Positions 41,111-55,869 of a stretch of DNA of 64,000 nt are shown here, one piece after another. The stretch comes from the human T2T-CHM13v2.0 reference genome, Homo sapiens. The translations under genes were made by a program, and so were the position numbers. A model generated the notes under the pieces. It did not search any database. It was given only the letters and a program-made list of their open reading frames with translations, and was not told the DNA's origin. Numbering within the stretch: position 1 is the stretch's first letter; the number at the start of each line of letters is the position of its first letter. The DNA lies in NCBI RefSeq assembly GCF_009914755.1, contig NC_060938.1. One strand, 5' to 3'.

Positions 41111-41587
41111 AAAAGAGTAAGGCACACACCTGAGGCTAAGGGAGGATTGTGGAGGGAGCCCCACAATACATAGGCCTAAAGATAACAAAAATCTATATAC
41201 AGCAGATAGAGCTAAGTGGTATCCAACCCTGGCTGGACATTTTAAATCAGCTGGGGCATACTAGAAAATACTGATCTACAGATGTTATATCCACATATTA
41301 TATTCTGAGATATTATGGGTGAGGAACTAAGCATATATTTATTGAAAACTACAGTCAACAGAAAATGACAAATTGGGTCAGCTGGCTTTAGGAAACCTCC
41401 CGAGAGGCAACCTGTCCCACAATATACTTTGGAAAGAGCTTATTAGTGAGATCAATTCAACTTCCGATAAATTGTTGGAAAGCAGTCAATCAAACTGTGA
41501 CATAGGAAGAAAACTTGCAAACTTACTAACTGAAATGTTATGAAACAGTATGTTGCAGAAAGTATTCCTGCATTAAATAAGTAATTA

Positions 41588-41911
<324 letters not shown>

Positions 41912-42900
41912 TCATTGTATAATTATTATTAAAATAAATATTTAAATAGCAACAACATTAGAGGATAAGCACTTTACCTAAATTATCTCAAATAATCATC
42001 CCAAGAATCCAGTGATGTAGATACTATTATCTCCTTTGAACAGACAAAAAAATCGAAATGCAGACAGGTTAACTTGTCCAGAGTCACATAGCTAGTAGTA
42101 AGTGGAGAAGGTAAGACCCAGATCCAATTGGCGCACGATTCTTTAACGCAGTGAAAAGGGGATGTGCAATCAAAAGGATACGGTGTCTTGAGGGAGGGAA
42201 TCTAGACAAGGGGCCACTGGTGAGGGAAAGGACCTCAGGCATGGGGTTGGGAGCAGCTGCTGTGATTCTAGTTGCGGATTCCCAGTCCTTTGAAAACAGA
42301 ACAGTTTCACAGGATGCCAAAGCATGATGGAAATTTCCGATGAGAACAATCTACTCTTTTTGCTCCAGGCAATAATGAGCTGAGCTCCCCACTAGGATGA
42401 AGTTCCCCTCATACATTTCCAGTGTAACTCATAACTTGGCATTCTGGTTTCGACCAGACTCAGACAAGCTTCAGAACACTTACTGCTGAGAATGGGTCCT
42501 TGGACTAAGGAAAATACTGCAAAAAGTCACAAGCATGTCTTACCCTCAGGCAGCTCACTGCTTCGCCCAATTCAGAGAGAATCAGTGATTTCCCAAGTTT
42601 GCTAGTCTAGCCCTAGACAGGGACTTCAGTTTTCCTAGGTGTCTCCTAGCTTTTAGAGAGTGCCAGCTACTCACCTTGTGGTTATACAAGATTTGTATAG
42701 TTTTTAATGACAACATTTCAGGAAGAAGCAATAAAACATCTTGAAGACAGAACTGTCTTTTTAAAATTTGCTCAGAATTACCATACCAGTAATTCCAGCA
42801 GTTGAGCAAAGGACAGTACCAGCAAAGGACAGTATAAAGGGGAAAGGAACAGAGAAGAAGCAAGACCTATAAAATTATGCTTATAAAAATTAGACTAATA

Positions 42901-43200
42901 GGCCGGGTGCGGTGGGTCACGCCTGTAATCCCAGCACCTTGGGAGGCCGAGGCAGGCAGATCACGAGGTCAGGAGTTCCAGGCCAGCCTGGCCAACATAG
43001 TGAAACTCTGTCTCTACTAAAAATAAAAAAAATTGGCCAGGCATGGTGGCAGGCGCCTGTAATCCCTGATACTTGGGATGCTGAGGCAGGAGAATTGCTT
43101 GAACCCAGGAGGCAGAAGTTGCAGTTAGCCGAGATTGTGCCATTGCCTCCAGCCTAAGTGACAGAGTGAGACTCCGTCTAAAAAAAAAACAAAACAAAAA
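42901..43200 (+). mobile_element. AluSg-like
   Basis: gatcacgaggtcaggagttc; approximate TSD tagactaat. Confidence 0.88.
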
Positions 43201-43279
43201 ATAGACTAATTTTATTATGGGACATGTGCCACAACATACATTCTAACTATAGATCTTCTTTCTCAATTTTATATTACAT

Positions 43280-43700
43280 CATGGGTTATCCCATTAGAAT
43301 AATGCTGGCTACAGTAATAAATAACCCCAACATTTCAGTGGCTTAACATGGAAGGAATTTTTTGTTGTTGTTGCTAATTTAATAGATGAGTGTGAGTGTT
43401 CATTAGCAGGTAGCTTTCCACCAGGTAGTCATATAGGAGCCCAGGTTCCTTCTCCTTTGCCATCCCCTTGGTCTAGAGCCTTGAAGGAGGAAAAGGCACA
43501 ACTGCATCTCACCCATCTTCCCAGATGTAACCCATATCATCTCCACTCACATTCTATTGGTAAGAATTAGACTCAGAGCTTCACCTGGCTGCAAGGAGGT
43601 TGGGAAATACAGTCCGTGACTGAGAGCCACTTCCCAAGAAGGACTACGCTACAGAAGAGCAAGTATCAATTTGATGGAAAGTTACCCACCTCTACCCATT
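43280..43700 (-). mobile_element. Old MLT1 (J/K-like) LTR
   Basis: aataaccccaacatttcagtggcttaaca...ctcacattctattggtaagaa...gcaaggaggttgggaaat. Confidence 0.6.
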
Positions 43701-43722
43701 ACAACATGGGCATCATATAAAC

Positions 43723-44071
43723 TAGCGGGTCCCCAAACCCCTGGCCGCAGACTGGTACTGGTCCGTGGTCTGTTAGGAACTGGGCCACACAGCAGGAGGG
43801 GAGCGGCAGGTGAGTGAGCATTTCTTCCTGAGCTCTACCTCCTGTCCAATCAGCAGTGACACTAGGAGATTAGATTCTCATAGGAGCGTGAACCTTATTG
43901 TAAACTGCACAAGCAAGGGATCTAGGCTGTATGCTCCTTATGAGACTCTAATGCCTGATGCTTTGAGGTGGAACAGTTTCATCCTGAAACCATCCCACCC
44001 TCCCACCTTCCCATGGAAAAACTGTCTTCCATGAAACTTGTCCCTGGTACCAAAAGGGTTGGGGACTACTG
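43723..44071 (+). mobile_element. MER1B hAT-Charlie DNA transposon
   Basis: Terminal inverted repeats (tagcgggtcccca...tggggactactg) and a perfect 8-bp TSD atataaac at 43715 and 44072. Confidence 0.92.
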
Positions 44072-44462
44072 ATATAAACTACAGAGGCAAATATATACAG
44101 TGGGAGAGACAAAACTTAATAGTTCAGGTGAATGACCTTATGTCTCATCCCAGAGGCAAATCAGTTCCAATTTGACAGAGGAACAGTAAGGCTGGAACCT
44201 CAAAAGTGTCTCTTTCTCAGAGAACTTTGCCCTCAGGCTCTAGGTTTGGCTCTGAGACTTTCCTCATCAACAAGTCCCTTTATGTTTTTAGCCAGAGTAG
44301 TGGGCCCTGAGGAAAAGATGTCTCCATAAGAACTAAAATGTAAATCATAACAGGACTTATAAATCATTCAAAGCCAAGATTTTTGGCTTTAGAACTATAG
44401 CATGTCTTGGTGAAATATATAAAAACTTCTCCAAATTTCAGGATTCTGTTTTCAGAGGACTA

Positions 44463-44795
<333 letters not shown>

Positions 44796-45644
44796 TCAAC
44801 AAAGAGAGAAGGAAGAAAATAAAAGGAACAAATTGACAATTAGACTATTTTACTTATATCCAAACTTTCTAGAATCATTTATTTATGATTTTCTTTATTT
44901 TCAACATTTAAGAAAACCATGATTCTATGTAAAAAAGATTCAAGTATAAATTGGCTAAGCTAAAGAAAATAATTACATGCTTTCCAAGTGATTGGACTGA
45001 ATTTCCGGCTTACAGACCATGCTAACACTTGAACTAGCTGCCTATATTATATAGCATTATAAAACTATTTACATCTATATACATTTTTGATATTAAATCT
45101 TAAATCTCCAAATTCTAAAGCAACTTGCCATAGAGAACATTTAGCTTTGCTTGTAAGCAGGCCAATTACCTGGAAATCAATTTAGTTGGAAAAAGACACT
45201 GGCTGAAAATGAGTAGATCTTATTTTAAATCCTGGTTCTTCTACCCATGAGAAATAATCTAGAACAACAAACTGTACCTCAACCCTTGACTTCAATTTGA
45301 AATGAAGATGTTGACCCAAAACTCCAATTAGTAGGAAAGCACAGTTCATAAATTCTACATGGTATTATATTTTATGTTTTGGTAGAGGCCAAATGGTCTA
45401 GCCTTACAACTAATTCTGCTGAAAACTAAGTTACCCATTTGGAAATATTTTTTGGAACTCTGTCTTTGTGCTTGTTTCAAGGAAAATTCGGAGGGTAATT
45501 TAAATAATCAATCACCACAGAAACAGTACAGCGATGTGAACATTGTAAATTCATTTAAAGACATATCTTCTTATATCATAATCCAAGAAATCTTATTGTA
45601 AAGTTCAAATTGTGGTGGTGTGAGTGAGAAGAAGTAGAGGTTGA

Positions 45645-46025
<381 letters not shown>

Positions 46026-47799
46026 TCAATACAAAAGCATCTTTCTGCTTTACTTGATTTTCTTTGCGTTTTCAGAAGTAGAATCAAACTGAGCTCCTAG
46101 AGATGTTAGGGAGAGGTAAACAAGAGTGAATTTGGAAGTGAAAGAATTAGGTTTTGGGGCACATACTCTGCTTTTGCAAGTGCTTTGTAGGCAGATAAAT
46201 CTCCCAAGATTTCAGTGCTCAGCCAAGAGTTGTAAGAAAATGAAGTGCCTGCCAGAAGGGAAGAGTTAAGCCAGAATGTTATATTTACCAGAATATGCAA
46301 CTTTGAACTGGATTACTATTAGTGGTAGTGAAATGTTTGATCTTGTGTAATAAAGTCATGCCGGTTACTCTTGATTGTGAGTGGAAGACTACAACTCAAC
46401 CCCACTCCTCTCCCTCTCCTGCTACAAATTTTCCAGGCTATGAACAGAGATCACCCAGAGGACTCCTCTCACCCAGGAGGCCCCAAACTACTGAAACAAT
46501 GAATGGTTAGCTCCTCTGTGTCGCCACCATATACTGTTGGGGCCTTTGTTCTAGTGGCATTGTGGGGTGGAGAGATGTTAGGTAGCATCCCCTGGATGAG
46601 CTGGCAAGACCAGGCTGTGTTTACATGATCTCCCCTTCACTCTCCCATACGGAGGTGGAAGTCTCGAAGTAAACAGTATACATTTCACTTTAAATTCTAC
46701 TTACCCACAAGAACCATTTAAACTAACATCTAAGCCCAAACAGAAAATCCAACTGGCCTTGGAAAAAGTTGGGTTACTGGAGGAAAAACCTGCCAAAGAT
46801 TACTCTGAGGACGTTGAGAGATCAGCCCCGACATAGTCCCTAGAGTAATGATTCTCAAGTTCTCTGCCTACAATTAACTGCGGAGCTACTTAATGAAGCA
46901 GATGCATTAGCCCCTTCCTAGGAAATCCTGGGGTGAGCCCGGGAATTCTGTATTTCAACAAACTGCTTCTGATATAAATGGTCTACCAACTACCCTTTGA
47001 GAAACACTATCTAGAAAAACTGATCAGTTCCACTGAGCCCCTAATCTGCTCTTCCTGCCATTCACACCCACTTCCACAAGGAAAGAGAAAAGTCCTGGAT
47101 CAATGCTTTGCCTGGCCAAGAGGACCACCATTTCAACCTAGGTCACTTAAAATCCAGGAGTGCCATTACAGAGACGGGGCGGACTCAGGAATCTCTGAGT
47201 AAATCACCAATAGAGACCATGGCCGACTGCAGTCTTGAGCTGAAGTAACCAGACTGAGTGATGTGCTTGCCTCAACTTGAAGCCCCAGTTTGAGTATCTA
47301 CTTTAAAGCTGCCTTCGCTCTAACTTTAGCCTCTGACTTTTCCTTGCCTGTTAGTAAAATTTTGATTCACATTTGGGATGTTCTTTAGACTTTCTGAAGC
47401 TTTTGTGATTTCTTGGCCCTAGGCAAGCATGTATCTAACTCTAAATAACCAACTTGCTTGACCATAATCCCTACCTATCTCACTAAGGGTCTTATTTAAC
47501 CTCCACAAGTGCCATATTGGACCATTCCAGCTCCAGTGTCAGCCACCCAAACATCACCATCACCTAAATATATTAAACCCGTTGCTTGGCCAGGAAAATA
47601 TGCTAGATACAGTGCTCAAATAGGGAGATCATTTCAGTGCTATCATAATCCAAATGGATGAGTTTTTCCAAAAGCAGACACACAAAAAAACGAGTTCAAT
47701 GACTAATGAAGCAGCATCAAAGTTTGGGGTATTTTTCCCCATTGTAAATATTTTTGCATCTCTTTGTAATCATTGTGTTGACAAAAACTGAAATATAAT

Positions 47800-48560
47800 T
47801 TGAGGGGTATTGGGGATAAAGTCACCCCTACCACAAATCCAAAGCATCGGTAGGTCCTATTAAGTCCATCTCCAAAGCATATCTCAAATCCATCCATTCC
47901 TCTCATCTCCAATGCTACCACCTCTCCAAGCCATTGCCATCTCATGCCTGCAAGAGCTTCCTAATTTGTCTTCCTGCTTCCATGCTTGCTTGTCCTCCTT
48001 CAACTCTTTCTCCCTACAGCAGCCAATGTGACCTCTAAAGAATGCAAAGGAGGTCATGTCACTTTCTAGTTTAAAAATCTTTCTGAGGCTTCTTAGAATG
48101 CTTAGGAAAGACCAAGCTCAGCACCATGATGTGTGCATGGAAGGGCACTGCCAATCTTCCACCTCTATTTCTTGCCATTCTTCCCCTTGCCTACCACATT
48201 CTAGCAACATCAACTTGTTTCCCATGTATAGAATATCCCTAGAACTTTCCTGTCTCTGGCCTTTGCATTTTATATTGTCTGGAACTTGCTTTAACCAGCT
48301 CTTGCCACAGTTGACTTCTCAGTTTCCTCCTTCTCAGAGGCCTTCTCTGACCTTCCTAAGTGCCACCCACCACCAGGTAGTCTCTTACACATCACTCTGT
48401 TGATTTTCTTCTTAATGTCTACTCCCTCTTCCACCAGAATGTAAGCCCCATGAGGGGTGGATTCAAGTCTGCTTTGGTAACCACTACATTGCTAGTGTCA
48501 GGCACATCCTATGCCATATTGGTTGAATCAAAGGAAAGATGGATGTATGAATAGGTGGGA
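47800..48560 (+). mobile_element. L2 3' region
   Basis: ctccaaagcatatctcaaatccatcc...agaggccttctctgacc...cagaatgtaagccccatgaggg...ggttgaat. Confidence 0.7.
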
Positions 48561-49393
48561 CTGGCATAACCTTGAGTGAAATTTATGTATTGTACTTTTG
48601 TATTGCAGGAGTGTTTTGTGGGGTCACAAAGATAGAATCTAGAAGTGCAGAAACTATGTCTATGAGGATCCCACCCAGACTTCAGAGGGAAGTAGGGTTA
48701 GTATTTGAGACTAGAGAATCTCCTTGACCTCACGTTGCCTCTGAGAATTAGAAGTATCTGAATTATGTCTTCCAAACTCCATTATTATAAGTTAGGTTGA
48801 TCTATGTGAGGAACAGAGGAGAAAAAAGCCTGGATAGGGAATTAGGATTGCCATTTATTAATAAATAGGATCATTATTTCTTGGAGGCATAAAAATGTTT
48901 GCTGCCTGGGAGCTCTCCCTCTACAGGCAAGTTTAAGGTTGACTCGATTCCATTTCAGGAGCTGATCAATGCCCTACTGCATGCCCAAACCAAATTTACT
49001 AGGAGGGTTTATTGTGTCCCAAAGATTTGGTATTAAAAGTATTACCAAGGTACAATAACCATTTTAGATCTTTACACACATCTTGGAATTGAAGTGGCAA
49101 GAATAACTGTCCCTAGAAATAATAAGTGCTGGAGCCACCAAGATTTGCAGCAATTCTATCCAAGGCTGAGAAGGAAACCCCACCACTCAGTGAAGCCACC
49201 ATTTTAAAAAAAAAAACATAGATCGATATGCAATTGGAACACTGCTAACTCTGTGACAGCTTCAGAAAGAAAAGCCATGAATTCAGCTGGCTGCTGGCAG
49301 CCTCATCCAGGGTTGCCTAGACCAGAAGAGCTCCTTCTATCACTGGGCAAAGTCTCATAAAAGTAGCTTAGTTGCTTTCAATAGTCTAAGGTG

Positions 49394-49690
49394 GGCTGGT
49401 TGCAGTGGCTCACGCTAGTAATTCCAGCATTTTGAGAGGCCAAGGCAGGCAGATCACTTGAGGCCAGGAGTTCAAGACCAGCCTGGCCAACACAGCAAAA
49501 CCCTGTCTCTACCAAAAAATACAAAAATTAGCCAGGCATGGTGGTGCATGCCTGTAGTCCCAACTACTCAGTAGGCTGAAGCAGGAGAATTGCTTGAACC
49601 TGGGAGTGGAGGTTTCAGTGAGCTGAGATCGCGCCACTGCACTCCAGCCTGAGTGACAGAGTAAGACCCTATCTCAAAAAAAAAAAAAAA
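49394..49690 (+). mobile_element. AluS (Sz/Sx)
   Basis: Full-length Alu; approximate TSD aata(g/c)tctaaggtg. Confidence 0.9.
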
Positions 49691-51748
49691 TACTCTAAGG
49701 TGGAAAATCGATGTCTCCATCTAAGTATTTCCATGGCATAGCACATACCAACACAGGAGTCACACTTTATCCAGCAGTTACTGGTCCATCTTGTTGAAAG
49801 CTGACAAAGAACAGCAGCTTCAGTGGAGGGGCATAGAGCTCAAGTGGAATCTAACACCTGTATTGTGAAAGAAAGAGACTTTCCAAGAATCTTTATAGCC
49901 CGGTATATTAATACAGTCTCATGAAAGTGAACACATACAGGACTAGGGTATAATGACTTTTTTTTTTTAGAATTATGAGAAGAAAGTAAATGGGTCATAC
50001 TTATTTTGGTTCCCTCCCAAATATTTTAGGACAGAAGTAATATCTAGTATAATAATGAAAAGTGATAACAAACATCATAAATGCTAGACAGATGAAAATC
50101 TATTCTATTTGAGAAGACCTCCACCTGGTAGCCATCCCACAAATCACCCCTCCAAGGAAAAGACAGGTTTTCCCCTGCCACAAGGGGCTGAGCCCTCCAG
50201 CCTCAAGCTGCTGTAGCTGCTATACACAGAGGAGGCCATGGGTGAGCAGGCTGCAGAGGCCTGCCTCCCAGGGCACAGACAGGTACCTCTCTAACAGAAA
50301 GAGATAGAAACAGCTGAGTCCCCCTCAGCATCTTTAATTTAAAAGCATGATATGTCTAAGTCATGCTCACCAACAAGTTTTCTTAGAAGGTCTGGGCTGC
50401 TTAGCTCATCTGTTTACAATAGAAATTCTCAAGCTTCAGTGTGATTATTAAAAGTGCAGATGTATGCCCCAGCCAGTTCTCATTCTGTAGTTTCGAGGTG
50501 GGGGTAGATTGAGAATCTGAATTCTGAACAAGCACTCCAAAAGGTGCTGAGGTACCTGGTCCCCAAGCAACACTTAAGTCCTTGCTAGCTTAAAGAAATA
50601 TTTCTCAATCTGGGTCACTGGTTGTGTACTTTAGGGTTCCAAAAAGAGAATTTCATTTTTGTATTTTTATTTTGATATTAATTTTTCAAATAGTAAGAAC
50701 ACTCTGGATCACCTGGGTGATAATTTTATAACCAAACACTACTGCAAGACTTCTACTGAAGTATTTACAGTCAGGTCGGCACCGAGTACCTTTAACTTTG
50801 TCTCAGGCTAATGAGTCTTTACTTGGATCCAGACTTAGTTCTTCTAAATGATTTTGTTGCTCTCCAATGGATGGATGGATGAAAATTCATTTTACTCAAC
50901 TCCCTGTTGGTGTTTTTTCCAACTTTTTCATTACTATGAAAAACGAGATAAGAAAGATATTCATATGTATCTTTCTAACTCTATTTACACATGTGTATAA
51001 TTTATATATTTTTGCCCACCTGCTATAGCATTTCTATGGGATAAATTCCTAACAGTATTCAAAAAGTATGAGAACTTAGAACTGTAAGAGGGTTAGAGTC
51101 CTGGAGGTTGAGTGTTCACACTCAATGACATCACTTCATTTGCTCAGGAAGGGAACAGAGGAAGGAAAAGAGCAAATTTTGATAAATTAACATGGACATA
51201 CGGAATTTGGGAGGTCTATGGGATGTCCAATACACAGTGAGGGAAATCGGCTTGGAGTTTAGAAAAGAGGATTTCTTCAAAGCAAGAGATTTGAGAAGTG
51301 TCACACATAAAGCAGTGCCTGAAAACCTGCATGGGTGACAGCAGCTTTGACAGCAAGGATAGGCAGGAGGAAGAAAGACAAGGATAGAACTCAGGGACAA
51401 CACAGAGGAACTGGAAGGGTGGTAGCAAAAGAGACTGGAAAAGAGGTCAGAGAGTAAGAGGAGAACCAAGAAAGAGAAACATCAGTACGATAAGGGAGGA
51501 AAAAGTTCTGAGAAGGAGTGAACGATTTCCATGAGAGCTGATATTGTCCCTAATTTTATTGTTAAATGACATAAGTTACAAAACAGTATGTTCAATATAA
51601 TGTTACTTTTTCAGTGAAAAACTATATATTCCTGAATACTTAAAGAAATTCTTGAAGAACAAGAACAACAATAAAAAAAAAACAATACAAAGGCCTGTAG
51701 TGACGTGTGAGAATTAGGGATGGGAGGGTTGAGTAGGGAACTTTTAAC

Positions 51749-52049
51749 TTTTTTTTTTTTTTTTTGAGACAAGGTGTCTTTCTTTGTTGCACAGGCTGGA
51801 GTGCAGTGGTGTGATCAAAGCTCACTGCAGGCCCGACCTCCTGGGCTCAAGTGATCCTCCCACATCAGCCACCTGAGTAGCTGGGACTACAGGCATGCAC
51901 CACCACACCCAACTAATTTTTGTATTTTTTGTAGAGATGGAGTTTCATCATGTTGCGTAGTCTGGTCTTGAACTCCTGGGCTCAAGTGATTCACCAGCCT
52001 TGGCCTCCCAAAGTGCTGGGGCTACAGGTGTGGGCCACCATGCCCAGAC
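51749..52049 (-). mobile_element. AluJ
   Basis: ctcctgggctcaagtgatc J-type motifs in both arms; poly(T) at 51749-51765. Confidence 0.88.
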
Positions 52050-52276
52050 TCTTTAACTTTGAATTCTGTGCCATTTTGTACAGTTTGAATTTATTACAAC
52101 AAATATACATTACTTTATTATTAACGTTTTAAGGACTGATCAGCAGTATGATATTAGATTACCAGAGAGGACAAGAAAGATGAGATTGAAAAGAGGCCAT
52201 TTGTTTGGCAAGAAGACAGTCAGTTTCAAGTAGGAATATGAAAGCATACTGCCATCGTCTAAAACCCTGCTACCCT

Positions 52277-52604
52277 GGCCGAGTGCGGTGGCTCACGCCT
52301 GTAATCCCAGCACTTTGGGAGGCCAAGGTGGGTGGATCACAAGGTCAGGAGATCAAGACCATCCTGGCTAACATGGTGAAACCCCATCTCCACTAAAAAA
52401 AAAAAAATACAAAAAATTAGCCGGGCGTGGTGGTGGTGGGCGCCTGTAGTCCCAGCTACTCGGGAGGCTGAGACAGTAGAATGGCGTGAACCTGGGAGGC
52501 GGAGCTTGCAGTGAGCAGAGATGCTCCACTGCACTCCAGCCTGGGCAACAGAGCGAGACTCCGTCTCAAAATAAATAAATAAATAAAAATAAATTAAAAA
52601 AAAT
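52277..52604 (+). mobile_element. AluY-like
   Basis: gagatcaagaccatcctggctaac, aatggcgtgaacc, ggagcttgcagtgag; (AAAT)n tail. Confidence 0.88.
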
Positions 52605-53534
52605 AAAACTCTGCTTCCCAAGCTTTAAAGTGTATAAGAATCACATATGCACTTATGCACAGGGGATCTTGATTCAGTACGTCTTGGAAGCAGCCTGAGA
52701 TTCCCCATTTCTAACAACCTCCCACATAATATCAACATGGCTGGTCCAAGCCACACACTTTTGAGTTGCATGATAAGTAATCAGAATGCAGGAAACAAGC
52801 TCAAGGGCAAAGATACCATGATTTCCCAACAGGTGTCCCCCTGGAATATGAACCCAACGGCACACTCTAATAAAAAGTATTCTACAATCACATAGGTTTG
52901 GTAAATATCACATAACTATCCTGATTAATCACACTGGGTATTAGTGCTTTTATGAAAATTTTTAAATTGGCTTTTTACTTGGACATTCCTAACAGTTACG
53001 GCTAATCTTGTAGAAAGGAAAACATATCTACCTGCTTTAGAATCTAATGTTTATAACAGGTCATCCTAGAAGGTGTAGGGGAGCAGAAATACAGGGCGGC
53101 AAGAGCTCAGGGGCATACAAGGAGGAAAACTGAAGCATGAAGAAAGAACTGCGTTTTGTCTCCAGTGCAATAACTGCAGAGGTCTCTGAAAGGTGAGAAA
53201 GCTCCAAAATTAGGCCTTGTTAGAGCACGTGCACCAGTTACCCTGGTGCTCCTCCATGGTACATGCAATGATGCCATCAAATATCTGTCAAACCTTATCC
53301 TAAATATTATTCTAAATATTTCTAGGCACTTCTGAAACTCTGTCCAGCATCAGCAGGATGGCTCATCCCCTGGATACTTGTGAATGCATAAAATTAATGC
53401 ATGCATACTGCCAGAAGCTTCAGTGGACAAGAGCAGGAAACCACAGAAGCTGACCGGACCTCACTGTTGCCAGGAGTCAAGCTTGGCATGAGCACAAACC
53501 TGCTGTCCACAAACAGTGATTAAGAACAGCCTGG

Positions 53535-53688
53535 GGCTGGGCGTGGTGGCTCACGCCTGTAATCCCAGCACTTTGGGAGGCCAAGGCAGGCGGATCGCCT
53601 AAGGTCAGGTTCAGTGAGCCAAGATCACGCCATTGCACTCCAGCCTGGGCAACAAAAGTGAAACTCTGTGTCAGACGAAAAAAAAAAA
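53535..53688 (+). mobile_element. Internally deleted AluS (~155 bp)
   Basis: Left-arm 5' end joined directly to the right-arm 3' end (aaggtcagg|ttcagtgagcc); TSD aacagcctgg at 53525 and 53689. Confidence 0.88.
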
Positions 53689-55869
53689 AACAGCCTGGGG
53701 AAGGCTGGGCAGCGCTGATCCTTTCTCACCTGCTGAGACAGAGCAAGTGAGACCAAAAAGAACCTCAGAGCTCAAATTGCCTGCTGGCATTGCTGAATCA
53801 CCTGCTCAGGACCTCCAGTTCTTGGCTGCCTCAGAATGGCCTTTTAGACTCTTCATAGATAGTGCAGTGGAGCAGTGAGTTTCAGTGGGAGACTAGATTT
53901 CAAAGGACCCCTCCGTGCAGAAGAGAGTGGAGATTATTCACCTTGGCACGCCCTCATCTTTTGAAAAGACTGCCACACCCTCCTCTCTACCTTCTAAACT
54001 TGGCAGCACAGGGTCCAAGCCATATGGGGCAACTTGTACAGAGATTCAAATGACACAAAATTGGCCATAAAAGATACTCTGAAGCCTTTGCATTCACAGC
54101 TGCAGTTTTCCATCTCCTCAGCTCTTCATCAGGTGTCTGGTCAGTCAGTCCCAGCTGTTGTCCTTGTCTCTCAATAGGCCTGCAAAGTTCCCTTTTCTCT
54201 TTAGCCCTCAGATTTATCTACTTTTGAGAATAAACATATTTGAACAGCACCGTGCACACGGTGACTATCTCAGGAACATTAGTTAGGGGATAAAATGGAG
54301 ACACATGCCTGTTACAGTACAGTGACATGAACACATGCTCAGCATGACTCAAGCTTGACTGTTTTGGGGCCCCAAGGGGCTGAAGGTTGTTCATGTTAAT
54401 ACTTTTTCCTGTGGTTCCCTGCAAGCTGCAGCGTCTTTTCTTACTATGTCAGGATAGTAGCAAAAAAACCCAAAATGGTTTTAAGATTGACCCAACAAAC
54501 ACATTCCCACCGTTAAATTTGTCTTCAAGTATCTTCCCTATCACACACACTAAATATGCTTTCAGCTCTTTAAGAAGAGCTATTTGGGAAGTCAAGAGTC
54601 AATTATATCAGCCCCCACACCATGCCACATGTCTGAGCCACAGCAACTATGTATCTTTTTATTTCAGTCCTCTAGATTCCTCTATTCTATTCCAATGTGT
54701 TAATTTTAAAGAATTTAGCAGCTAGCTTCCAATTTAAAATAACGAGAAAGATTTTGTCCTCTATTTTTATATGAAGCACTTTAACTGCCGCTAACATCAT
54801 TGAAGTTAGCATAGACACAGGAAAGAGGGCGCACCCTTGAAATCACTTATCTCCAAAAGGAAAAGGCAAAGAAAGCACTTCTAAAGGAAAGAAAAGTAGA
54901 AGAGATGGGTGGGAGGGGACCTTGAATACAGTTGTTAGGGTTTGTTTTAAAGTCCTACCTGAGTGTTCTCTCCCCAGGAACAGGGTAGAAGTTCTCTAAC
55001 TTCACCCATTAACAAAAATAGAATGAGCAGGACCTCACTTAGTCATGTGACTCTAATTCCTTTCTTGAATTCCATAAGACAACTGCAATCAGGTGCGGTG
55101 AACGATTTTTGGGGAAGAATCTCTTGTACACGTATAATGTCTGGAAAACAAATGACTTCCATTTTTCTTGCATTTGAAGACTCACCTCAAAATTTTTCAT
55201 AGGGAGAACATAATGACCACATTAAATTCATTCTAAGTAATAAGAGACTTTAAAAGTGAATGAATCACCTTCAGTCTTGCTTAGGGACAAGAGAAAACTC
55301 TGGACCCAACTGTGGTCTCTGTCTTGCCTGACTCACTGGGACATAAAAACCTTACCAAGGCCCAAATCCCTTGCCCTTGGGTAAGAGAAAGGATGGAGCT
55401 GAGCTCCATTTTGCATACTTAAGAAACAGGCCTGGCTGGCAAAATAGAACATGCTAGTGGTGGGTTCCAGCACCTACAGAGACTGAGCAGGGGAACTGGA
55501 CCAGAGCCTGGACAATAACAAGAAAAGCATCGCTTTCCTGGGGGAGGAAACCCAGCCCTGGAATGGAAAGACAGGCGCATGCACTCCATTTAGGAGATCC
55601 TGGAGTGAACACAAAACCGCTCATTATTAGGGAGGCTGGGTTCAGCCAGTCCTGAGTTGCCCTGAGCACGCGGTTCTGCCACCGACTTCTGTCCCAGCTG
55701 CAGATCTGAATTCTCTCATCTCCTCCCATCCCCCCTGGAACCGTTCTCTGGTCAACTGTTTGATCAGCATGGGGATGACTCCAGGGCTGAGCCAGAACCG
55801 CCCCTGCTGAATGCTCAGAGCACCCAGAGGGAGGACACTAACCAAGCATCCCTGCTTGGGATCCTTTAC

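Noticed and set aside
48117-48135. REST/RE1-like CTCAGCACCATG (similar half-sites near 37459, 54245 and 55467)
   Set aside because: Only the left half-site is present and GGACAG is missing; this copy lies in an L2 relic.
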